Positions 22,958 through 33,524 of a DNA stretch of 47,322 nucleotides are shown in pieces (position 1 is the first letter of the stretch; every line of letters begins with the position of its first letter). The translations under genes and the position numbers were made by a program. The notes under the pieces were generated by a model, which worked only from the letters and a program-made list of their open reading frames with translations, searched no databases and was not told the DNA's origin. The stretch spans positions 124,001-171,322 of the forward strand of contig QPGO01000164.1 in the NCBI GenBank assembly GCA_008632985.1. Direction: 5' to 3'. This DNA comes from Psammoneis japonica. Taxonomy: Eukaryota.

Positions 22958-24508
22958 ATGTATCGTCTCCTCCTCTTCTTTCGAGTGCTGCTGCTCTTCC
23001 TCCATGGTGGTGTCGTACAACTAGCACAACAAGAGTATCCGTTTGATGCACCGACAGACGATTTAGCTGCGGCTCTGGATCACGTCCTGTTGACCTTTCG
23101 ACAATCGCCGATGCTCGATTCCGCCGAACTTGGAGTTCTGGAAGAATCACTACGGGCCGCCTCGGCGTGTATACCGTCCGTGTTGCCGGAGCGAACAACC
23201 CAATCGGAAGAACAAGAAAGGCTTGATGAGTTGCTGAATTGGTTTCATCAATCGGGCGGAGAGACACTCGCAGGACTTGAAATCCAACTCGATGAACGAA
23301 CGAACGAGCGAGGTTGGTATTATTCGAAAGCCGGCGACGCATCTTCCTCGGTACAAGTACTGCAGCCCAATACGACTTTGATGCGGATACCAGACGATTT
23401 GATACTGCGTCCCATGCCGCCGGACGGCAACTTATCATCCAATCTCAGTTCGTCGACCCGCCTGGCCGTCCGGTTAATACAAGAAATGCGCCAGGGGACG
23501 CATTCCAAATGGCTGCCCTACCTGAAAACATTACCACCCGTTGATCGTTTGCAGACGCACTGCCTGTTGTGGCCGTGGCAGTCGGTCGATCCGCTTCTCG
23601 TCACGGCCAATCCCGCGGCGCACCAGGAAGCCTGGCAGGCACGACGGGGCACCTTGCTCTCGTACGTCATGACGTGGTCTTTGACGGGTTGTTCTTGGAC
23701 CGACTGGCAGTACGCCGTTACGGTCGTTCGCAATCGACAAAACAGTGCCGATGGGACCGAAGTATTCTTGTTGCCACTTTGGGACATGGCGAATCATGAT
23801 ACGGACGCTGCGACGGAACTCCTAATGACGACGCCAGCCGGCGGTTTCTTGTGGAAGACGACGGCAAATTCGCTGTACCCAGGCGACCAAGTCACCATGA
23901 CGTATTCGCAGTCGCGGCCACTGCATCACTACGCGCTCTATCAAGGCTTTGTCCCCGCAGTTCCTCCGGCTGTTGCCACCCTTTTGACGTACAGCGATCC
24001 GGCCACGTCGTCAGAGCGCCAACGGCTAGCCAAGGCCAATTCGGTCGCTTCACTCGGCACGGACGAGACTATATGGAATATTGAATGGATACGAACAATT
24101 AATAAGAACAACGATGCGGAGGAAGAACAAGCATGCTTGTTCAATACGACATCCTGTTCCTCCACTGAAGATATTGTCATTCCAGCCGGCTTGATTCTGC
24201 ATTGTGCCTACATGTGGGAAGACATGGCAGTTTTGAAGGAAATTATTGCAAGGTACAAGGACAATATGGACGAGCAAGCGGCTCGTCTGGCGGCATCAAA
24301 CCGAACGAACCAGCTTTTGATGCACATTTTTGATACGATTATCGAGGACATGAAATTGCAGGACACAACGACAACAAATATTGTTTCGAACGAACTACGA
24401 AAATTAGTGACCGACTGGAGGGCAGCGGAACTGCTAGTGTTCGAAAAGGCAGCACAGCACATTCAGTCTCTGAGATCCAAAAAGGAAGAACGAGATGCGG
24501 CAGCGTAA
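22958..24508 (+). CDS. SET-domain protein (Rubisco LSMT/SETD3-like lysine methyltransferase fold) with a hydrophobic N-terminal signal-like peptide, 516 aa
   Basis: Long ORF with normal TA and Tyr content; SKWLPYLKTLP, LLPLWDMANHD and GDQVTMTY..HYALYQGF motifs; probable ATG at 22958 (MYRLLLFFRVLLLFLHG). Confidence 0.85.
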   Translation: MYRLLLFFRVLLLFLHGGVVQLAQQEYPFDAPTDDLAAALDHVLLTFRQSPMLDSAELGVLEESLRAASACIPSVLPERTTQSEEQERLDELLNWFHQSGGETLAGLEIQLDERTNERGWYYSKAGDASSSVQVLQPNTTLMRIPDDLILRPMPPDGNLSSNLSSSTRLAVRLIQEMRQGTHSKWLPYLKTLPPVDRLQTHCLLWPWQSVDPLLVTANPAAHQEAWQARRGTLLSYVMTWSLTGCSWTDWQYAVTVVRNRQNSADGTEVFLLPLWDMANHDTDAATELLMTTPAGGFLWKTTANSLYPGDQVTMTYSQSRPLHHYALYQGFVPAVPPAVATLLTYSDPATSSERQRLAKANSVASLGTDETIWNIEWIRTINKNNDAEEEQACLFNTTSCSSTEDIVIPAGLILHCAYMWEDMAVLKEIIARYKDNMDEQAARLAASNRTNQLLMHIFDTIIEDMKLQDTTTTNIVSNELRKLVTDWRAAELLVFEKAAQHIQSLRSKKEERDAAA

Positions 24509-25564
24509 TGAGGTTGTGTGGGAGATGGTTTCGCTTCGCTGGGACGTACCGATGGCGCGGTCACGGTTTGGCGTCGATTATAAAGAATGGAAAGGATCCT
24601 TCAAGGGACACGTGGTATTTCAATGCGGGACCGAACAGTGATGTCTTCTCTACGACCGGTGCTAACACAAAGGTTCCTCAAGCTTGAATGTATCATTGGA
24701 CGTGGTGTAAAGATGCCAGACGGCCTCAGCAGCAGAATTGGATTTATTGTTGGCAAAGTGGATTTCCCTGTGGTCCTGGGGATCCGCGTGGATCTGCACT
24801 TGAAAACCGATTCTCGTTTTCATCCTACGGATTCAGTTGAGCAGCTCATAATTTAGTCAGAGTGTGTTTTGTGAAACCATTTGACTAGATGCAAGTTGAC
24901 TACTTTTGAGTAGAGACCTTCTGCTCTCATTTTGTCTGAGGTGTCACGCTACTAGACTGGACAGCTTCGACTGGTTTATTCGCCCAATTTAAGAACCTCA
25001 CCCATTTCACACCTCCATTTGGGGATGCCCAAACTACAGCATGTTGCCTGCGGCTCTGACTCTGTCAGAATGATGACAAGCTGTGCTCTGCGCCACTTCG
25101 AGCGCTCCAAGTTTGATTCTGGTGTCTGTCTCCGCCAGCTGATCGACATCATTTGAGTCGACCCTGCTCAAGCACGTGCTGCTGTTTCAGGTCCTGCCCC
25201 ACCCCATGACAACCTGGAACCCAGGAGAGCTCTCCAAGCTCTTTTTTTTTTCATTGAAAGAGTCCAAGATGGTTGGTCCACATTGAAGGAGCCCACCGAC
25301 CTGGATGCGATGGCTGAGGAAAGGCCACCTGTGGAGCCTCCTCCTCCAGAAGCCACTGATTGAGGATCCACACCCCCTTTGTCACACCCTCCCAAGGATG
25401 ATGAAGAGAAACTGCCTCCTCTTGACCCTTGTTCTGTTGATGACAATGATTGAAACAATGAGGAATCCCTCTCTCCTCAAGATGCTTGTACAAAATGATG
25501 CTTTGCAGCCATGCTCGCAAACACCTTGCCAGAACTGACTCAATTCACACCTGCCACCCCAGTC

Positions 25565-26280
25565 ATGGGAGGGGTTCAGGGCTCTGCCAAGCATGCTGCT
25601 TGGACCAGAGGCAAACCCAAGGCTGGTTGGTTGGGTCGTGAAGACTCTGCTGACAACGCCCCATTGTCAGAGCATCTTTCACCTTGACGCACTCATCAAG
25701 GAGACTTGCAGACATTGAGAACAATGTCACAAAGCATTTGAAAGACAAAGAACTTGACACAACAACTCACCTTCTCCCAATTCAGAGGAAGGTTTGTGCA
25801 AAACTTGCTGTGTGACCAGACATTCTTGTTGCACCAAGGCCAGTGTTTCCACCCTCATTGCTCCCCAGGTTCTCAGGCACAACTCCTGTGATCATGACAG
25901 CAACAAGGATGCCATCAATTTTCTCAAGGCAAGCATTGACCCCAGCCTGCTGACCAAGGTTCTGACTGGCATTTGTTGTGATGATTCTCAGTCTGTCCAT
26001 TGAATGCCTTGACAAGCTCAAGAAAAGCAACAAGAACATTTCTGCAGCCACTTGTCATGGTCAAGACCTGTTCCTCATGTCAAAAGACTTCAAGACATTT
26101 TAGGGAGTTGTGCACACAGCAGGGCAATGTGGCCACATTTTCACAAAACATTGAGACCTTGAAGGAGAAACTGGATGCCCCCCTCCTGCCCAAAATTGCC
26201 TTCAAGCAGTCTAGAGAGGATGCTGTTCATGCAATGCACACCATCCTGACCCACCTGAAATGACAACATTGGGAGTGCAA
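25565..26280 (+). pseudogene. Degraded gag remnant of another Copia-type element
   Basis: MGG...WTRGKPKAGWLG...HLKDKELDTTTHL...DHDSNKDAINFLKASIDP resembles diatom Copia gag from recall; TA-depleted, many stops and frameshifts. Confidence 0.5.
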
Positions 26281-26395
26281 CAGGCTGACAGTGCATGGCT
26301 CGATTGAGGGAACGAGGATTCCCAGTGGGTGCATGTCACACCACGATGATGACTCTTGCTCTCTTGCCAGACTCACTTGCATCCACCACCTGCAA

Positions 26396-27031
26396 GAAAT
26401 CTTGAAGGCCCACCTTGCCAGCTCTGTTCATGCAAACCATGATCCTCAATGGTGCACAGCAACCAAAGCAAAATGGCAAAACTGCACACAGATCATTTCA
26501 AATCACATCAAAGCATCTCTTGCCCCTCTCACAAAATCACCATCTGCAACCCAACAAAGCACTCTCCAATCTCTCTAAAAATGACCAAGCTCATCCCTTT
26601 GCCCTGCTCTGCACCACTGTTGCCTTGTTGCCCCCTCCCCCCCCCCACAACCATTGATGAGGACAATGTGGTGCATTCCCAGTGCAGAAGCATCTGTGAC
26701 ACTGCATTTCCGCCCAGCAGCAGCCGGTGGATGACTCTAGAGGACACAAAAAGCTTTTGCAAAATTGCATTCCACCAAGCCTGGAAACTATTTTGCCTTT
26801 CCCGTTGGGGTTGAGGAGCGTGCCTTGACCAATTTTGCTCCACAAGATGTCACGACTTGGGTTGAGATGCACGGGTTTGCTCCATTGGACGGTTTTTGCT
26901 ACACTGGCACCACAACAGGCGGGCCCCATCTTTGTTTCGGGGAAAATGTGCAGCTTTCAAAACTGCTTCTTTGGACTTTTGGGGGGATCCTGCCACGTTA
27001 CGGCTGCTGGCCATCAGACGATGGAAGTTGA
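26396..27031 (+). pseudogene. Degraded secreted-protein gene, paralogue of 8735-9009
   Basis: Nucleotide similarity over about 280 bp; ATG at 26581; frameshifts; TA content recovers towards the 3' end. Confidence 0.5.
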
Positions 27032-28549
27032 CAAATAAGAATGCAAGATGTGTCGTTGGGTGCATTGCTGGGATTTCAACAACTTTGATGCTGATCAAGT
27101 CTCTTGTGCTGATGTCACAAAGTGCATGGAACAACTCCAGACCACCACCTAATTTGCCGATGCTTGATCGCCAGTGGCCCTGTCTTGACAGTTTTCACAG
27201 TGTACCCTGACATATTCGCACATTTTATAGAAAAGAGATTTGAATTCACACTGAACAATCTCTTCGTCTACTGGCTTCTTCATGCAAGGAGAGAGCGTAG
27301 CTGGACGTAAAACAAACGCAAAAATAGAATAAATGAAACCAGAAGGCGACTCTCTCTCACTACGGCCATGGTTGTGGCAAAAAGACTCTGGAGACATTTT
27401 TTTGCCCTGTTGTTGCCTGGAGAATCATCGAGACGAAGCATGGATATGTGCTGTACTTGTAGAATCCATTCGTTTGTTGAATTTTGATGAGTGCCGTTCA
27501 ATTGTCTGAAAATGTCAGCCACTTCAGTGTGGCGAGAGAAACGTGATTGCTAGCCCTACTGCGATCTTTTTGTGCTTGCGGCGTCATCAGCGTGACTCTT
27601 CCTGCTCTCCAAACAAGTCCCTTGGGATGCCATATTGTACCATGTGTGTCTCGGTATCCATCTTATTGCTACCTATTGACCACTGCGCAAAAGTGCCGCT
27701 TTAACGAGTCACTCGTCATCATTTTGTAATAATGCTCTTGTCGGAGTGCCACACGGATGCATCTACGGGTTGCCAGCATCTCAGTCCGATGCATGAGCTA
27801 TTGTTTGTACCTGGCATTCGATAAGCCGGGAAAGCAACAATGTCTCACTCACGTCACACATAGCAATCACACATAGCAACAAAATTGATTGCAACTCTAC
27901 AACGCAAAGAAAGAACAAGGGAGCAAGCTATTCTAATGGGGTAGGTTTCACTGCGTCAAAGCCAAACGTCCACTAAATCCTTGTTGTCACAAAGCTGTCC
28001 ACATGATGCACACTTCCTCGACCGCTTCTGTTTTAGCCGAAGAGCAGCGGTCCGTAAACGGGCGCTAACATGTCATTTGTCTTAATCGCACAAAGCTTAC
28101 CCTGACATTTTCTTCCGCACATTGGTGCAAAATGCCTTTTTTGTCTCGAAAATTGCACACAGGACACGCGAGATGACCTTTCAAGAGGGAAACCTGCGTT
28201 GTGAGTTCTTTCCGTAGTGAATTCCGAACTCATTCCTTGTGACTTGGACAAGCTGCTTAATCTCTCTTTGCGATTTCTGTTGATTCCCGATACGCCACCG
28301 CCGAGGACTCCACAAGTCGAACTTTCTCTTCCATGTCTTTGGTGGCTTCCTTGGATTGCTACAACTTCCTTTTCCTGCTGCAACGTTGCTTTCAACACAC
28401 TCGCTAGTGCCGTTCTTACCTTCTAAGTAGCTAGAGCATCCAGTGAACGACTCCAAAATAGTACACATTGATACAATCCTGCATATTGCGTTTCAAGCAT
28501 CGTTTGTGTAGCCACAAGCAGAGGTGAATATAAGTCGTGACGCAAAACT

Positions 28550-29554
28550 CTATTGCTCTTCAAAAGGATTGATTTCATCCTCAGCATTATCATGAGCCAA
28601 CACAAATGCATCAAGGAGAGCCGACTGCATGCTAGCAGAATCATACACCGCCGGCGTAAATGTATGCGTGACTTCTCCGACAATTATTGTTTCATCCTCT
28701 TCAAAAAGCGTACTCTTCTTTGCTTGCGCTCGGAGATGGACACCGAGAGGGCCAATGGCAATAACGGAAGCCTTTTCAACTACAAGACTCTCTTGCATCC
28801 GCCCCGGATTTAGCTGTTCTGCGGCAAGGGCCACGATTTCAGGCTCAAACGCCTCGTCATTCAAAAGCTCCATCAGGTACTCGCAATCCTCATCCAAAAA
28901 GGCCGGCTGTTTCCACCATGGTGGCAAATACATGGGTTTTTCAGCTGCAATATCTTTCCATTCATGTGGCATATCATCAGCATAGGCGGCAGAAATTCCA
29001 GTGTTTCTCAGTTTCGACAATGCTTGTTTGTCCAACTCGTCAATATTTTCCAAGAAACAATCTTCCATTCCTGCGTAATCACTACAATTCTTCGGGAAAT
29101 CCACCGGAACTCGGACAGCCACAAGCGATACCCCAGCACGTACCGTGGCTTGAATGTCCACGTGATTTTCATCCAAACTCACCACCTCGACATGAACAAT
29201 TTCCTTGAGGTCTAGGCCTTGGTCTTCCGGACAGAACGCCGTAGCTATTCTCGCCAAAGCAGCAACCTTTTCCGACTCTAGCATTTCTTTGATATGAGTT
29301 AATGCTGAGCCTTCTGCTGTAGTATCATCATAGCTCTCACCTGTAGACGAGTTATAATCTTCAGCATCGACGTAGGTTTTAGAGTCATAATACACAAGAG
29401 CAGGTAGTTGAAACGAAGTTCGACGACGGTGGTGAACAACATCAACGGCCAGACTAATAGCACCACCTGATGAGACAAAAGCTGATGTCCTTTCGAGCAA
29501 AGAGACAGTGCTTATGAAGGCAAACTTTAGTAGTACCCTTTGTGAAAATGGCAT
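28550..29554 (-). CDS. Nuclear-encoded plastid-targeted protein of unknown function (possibly DUF2470-like), 334 aa
   Basis: Intact ORF with normal Tyr; signal peptide followed by TSAF (heterokont ASAF-type cleavage motif) and a basic transit-like segment; acidic mature region. Confidence 0.8.
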   Translation of the reverse strand: MPFSQRVLLKFAFISTVSLLERTSAFVSSGGAISLAVDVVHHRRRTSFQLPALVYYDSKTYVDAEDYNSSTGESYDDTTAEGSALTHIKEMLESEKVAALARIATAFCPEDQGLDLKEIVHVEVVSLDENHVDIQATVRAGVSLVAVRVPVDFPKNCSDYAGMEDCFLENIDELDKQALSKLRNTGISAAYADDMPHEWKDIAAEKPMYLPPWWKQPAFLDEDCEYLMELLNDEAFEPEIVALAAEQLNPGRMQESLVVEKASVIAIGPLGVHLRAQAKKSTLFEEDETIIVGEVTHTFTPAVYDSASMQSALLDAFVLAHDNAEDEINPFEEQ

Positions 29555-30703
29555 GATGGAAAAGAGGAGGAGAGAACAGGGATCTTTGTGGGGTGTCCGA
29601 GCAATAAAGACGGCTTCGCTGTTCGTGTTTCATCTGGCGATGTGCCATCGCCGAATCATGAATCGCATCATCGCATCATCATCGCTGAAACCGCGCGCGT
29701 ATGCTGTGAGTCCCGCGAGCAAGCACGGAGGTTGACAGAAACAATAAAGACACGACCAGCAACGGAACAGCGATCTCCATTCACGTTGTACTGTCGTGCT
29801 AAATGGTTGTTCGCCGTCGTGCTCCCACATTGTGCTTCCGACCGTGACCCGTGCCACGAATCATTGTGTCAGGGAGAAGCAAGATGCAAGCCCAAGAGTC
29901 AGAGCTTGAATCCACGTTGCACCGAATCACGCAAGAGGAGGTTGGAAAAAAGCCTCTAAAAACCTCGAGAGCAAGTTTGAAGACCTTGAGAGCAAGCTTC
30001 TTGGGACAATTGCAGACAAAAATGCATCCGCGTTTGTGGCAAAGATCAAACAAGTCCTTGTGGGGGCAGCAAAAACAATGGCGACATTGACGATGATGGT
30101 GATGATGATGGGAACAGAGCAAACAATGGCCATGGTCTTGTTGTGGCCGCTGGCACAAATGTGCCCACCTTGTGTCTGCAGTGCACGTCCTTGTGGAACT
30201 CATCAAGAACCTCCAAACATCAAATGACGAAGCAGTGAAGCATGCCCGTCATGCTGCACATGCAGCTTCAGGGCCCCTGCCACCTGTGTTTGAACTGCGC
30301 TGGGGAGCAGACGAAAAATGCCAAGATCCTGCTGGCAACATGTTGCCCTTTTGAATGACAAACTTGTTCTTGCCAGAAGACCATGTCTCAAGTGGCAAGA
30401 ATGATGTTGCTTGTGCCCGACCACACAGCGCCACGAAGAAAAATCTTAATTCTGGATTTTTTCCCATGAGAAACCATCGCTCGAAAGGTGCAGAAGTGTG
30501 GCTGGAAGACTGGTGATTGGACACGGAAGCATTTACACAAAAGGGCAGGTTGTTGAAATGCAGGAAACACGATTGACAGTGGCTGCTCATTCTGCACTTG
30601 GGAGCAGTGGTTGTCCCCTGTTGGACAACGATCGCAATCTGCTCGGCCTTGTTCATGGTGTGTCAAAGCACTGAGGCAAGTGTCACTCAACCGCTGCTTC
30701 AGG

Positions 30704-31367
30704 AGTGGATGCGGAAAAATCTCCCATCTTCCAAGCCATCACCAAATGCTGGAACTGAAAGCACCAGCTCTGTCTGCATGCAGTGCATTTTTGTTGTTTT
30801 CATTTCTGCATGCTTTGTCGGTTGCTTGGCTCTTCATTGTCATGCACTCTGGCAAAGCACTGATCCAAGAAGGAGCCAGACCAACCAATCAACAGAGGTC
30901 TGGTTTGTGTTGACGTGATGAGTTGGTGCATTGGTTGCTCATTCTGCTGCTGCTGCTCTGGTCAGGTGGAGGTTCAAAGGTGCACAATCATGAGTCGTGA
31001 TCACCCAATTCCCATGCATTTGTTGAGTTGGGCTTCAACATGGGTGCCATCACTTGCGCCCTTGCAATCTGGTTGCAATTTCAAAATTGGTTGCACAGCA
31101 AAACAAAGATGAAAACAAAATCGGTCATTTTGGTCATTGCACATGAACAAATCCAGCTGCACGATGGCTCAGCCACTCACAGTGCTGGCATGACAACAAC
31201 ACAACAACCCCAAAGACACTCTGAAGCCTGTTGCAACAAGAAGCCCCCCCCCCCACGAATTTCTGCCACATTTTGGCACATCCCCCCCTTCATGCAAAAT
31301 TTCCACAGATGTGACAAATGGAAATGTTGCCGCACTCCCAATCTTTTAAAAATTGTTGTCACTTTTC
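30704..31367 (-). pseudogene. Inverted, internally deleted, hypermutated duplicate of the upstream region and 5' part of the 33525-35447 gene
   Basis: Reverse complement of 30744-31367 aligns to 32912-33618; 30704-30743 aligns to 34500-34539. Confidence 0.88.
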
Positions 31368-31592
31368 CACCATCAATCCTTTTCAAGAAATGTGACATGC
31401 TGCACCTCAACACAACATTGCTGCATCTCATCACAACTTTGCAACTCTTGCTCTCATTGTCACAGATCTGCTTTGTTGTCACTTTTCTGTTGTCAACCCT
31501 TTTCAAGAAGCATGGCATGCTGCGCCTCAGCATGACATTGCTGCATCTCATCACAACTTTGCAACTCTTGCTCTCATTGTTGCAGCTCTGCT
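31353..31592. repeat. 120-bp tandem duplication
   Basis: Period 120 (tttcaagaa at 31381 and 31501; gcaactcttgctctcattgt at 31441 and 31561); many differences are CA vs TG. Confidence 0.88.
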
Positions 31593-32427
31593 CTTTGTCA
31601 AAGTGGGTGTGGGTGCAAAACTGGCACCATCTCCATCTTCCTCAAAGTCAAACATGTTTCAACAGAACACACCAACTTGCTGGAATGGGTTTGTGAGTCA
31701 TGCTTGTCAACAGGAAGAAGCAATGTTCAGATGCACATGTTGTCTGTTCAATGAGAGCAAAGAAATGCAAAAGAATGTGCCAGCTTGAGTTGACTTTGGG
31801 AAAAAAATGTGTGCACCTGGCATGAGGGGACCGAGCTGCAAGAAGGGTCATGATGCGACATGCCACAGGAGCGCAAATGTCTCCAATTGTCCCCACCAGA
31901 TGAGCTGACCACATGGGTTCTGAAAGAAGTGCAACCCAATTTCCTTCTGGGGGTGCTGCCAAATGAATGCAAAAACAATTTGCTCAGGAGGCGGGTCTGT
32001 TGCTGGAAAATGCTGCTGAGTCACTCAGCTTCAGACTGTTTGTGGGAAAGCATCCCCAGTGTGGATCCTTTGCATTGCTTGGCTTCCACACCAGATGCTG
32101 GATCACAAACACTGCCTTTGCTGGACCCAACAAATCTCTTGCTCATTGGTCAAACCGATGCAACAGCGTGCTTGACCAACAATGTTGGAGTTGCTGATCC
32201 ACCAGATTTGGAGTCTTTTGGCCTGGACTTTGAGTCAACAGCAGAAGACATTTTGTGCAAAGAAACTTTGAAGCAAGGAATGACTCTCCACAAACTCCCA
32301 TCATTGCCCTTCCACTCAACAATGGCTGCAACATCGACTCCATGCTTGGCTCACATGTGTCAACCGGTTTCCACTGGAGTGCCAGAATTTGCCCCCCCCT
32401 GCTTTTCTGACACCAACATCTGCTGCT

Positions 32428-32817
32428 GACGCGTTCCAGCCGTAGGTGGGACTCCGTGTGACATTGGGCCCGTAGAATTCTACGTGCGAGCTCCGTAGTA
32501 CGAGAATTTAATTAATGGATATATTTATCTTCAACATCAAATAAACGGCCAAGTTTGTGGTACAATTATGCCTCTCACCACTCGACTTTTTTGCAAATGC
32601 GCCTGCCCTACGCGATTCTTAAGACATTATAGAATCGCGCTGTAACAAAAAATGTCAAAAGTTGTTGGACGGATCGCTCAATAAGTGTACCGTAAAATGA
32701 CACAAAATATCGAAAAAATCACGTAGAAATCTACGTGCGCGACATACGACGTGATTCAAAAAACTATCGATGTCACAGTTCAGTAGTACGAGGTCCCACC
32801 TAGACCTGGAACACGTC
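32428..32817. mobile_element. MITE (390 bp), TA-rich and largely unmutated copy of the family inserted in actin
   Basis: TIRs gacgcgttccagccgtaggtgggac / gtcccacctagacctggaacacgtc; 4-bp TSD TGCT at 32424-32427 and 32818-32821. Confidence 0.92.
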
Positions 32818-33524
32818 TGCTCATCAACTCAGAAGACAAAAGACAAGAGAGCAAGAGTGCTGCTGTGAGGGAAGCAAACATCATGCAGAAAACAGTCTCC
32901 GTGGGTGCATCGAAAAGCGACAGCAATTTTTAAAAGATCAGCACAGCAACATTTCCATTTGTCACATCTGCAGAAATTTTGCATGAAGGGGGGGGGGGGG
33001 GGGGCATGTCCCATGTGCCAAAATGTGGCTGAAATTTGTGTGGGGGAGCTTGGGTGAATGCAGCCCCCCCTGCAAAATCTTGGTGGGTCATCCTCCAACG
33101 GCGCTCACTTGTTGCAAGCAGTTGCAACAGGCCTTAGAGTGTCTGTGGGATCATCACATCGTCATTGCTAGCACTGTGAGTGGCTGAGCCATTGTGCAGC
33201 TGGATTTATTCGCATGCAATGACCGAAATGACCGATTTTGTTTTTCATCTTTGTTTTACTGTACGGCCAATTTTGAAATTACGACCGAGTGATGGCACCC
33301 ATGTTGAAGCCCGACTCAACAAACGCGCGGGATTGGGTGATCACGACTCGCCGTGATAACGCACCTTTGAACCTCTACCTACTTAGAGAACTAGAGAGTA
33401 GAGTAGCAGTAGTAGAAAGAGCGACTAATACACCAACACATCACGTCAACACAAACCAGACCTCTATTGATTAGTCAGTCTGGTTCCTCCTTCTTAGACC
33501 AGTGCTTTGCCAGAGTGCGTGACA

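Noticed and set aside
32988..33004. Poly-G and poly-C runs (also 26634-26646 and 31244-31254) as functional G-quadruplex elements
   Set aside because: Run lengths differ between the duplicated arms and may reflect slippage or sequencing error; there is no further support.
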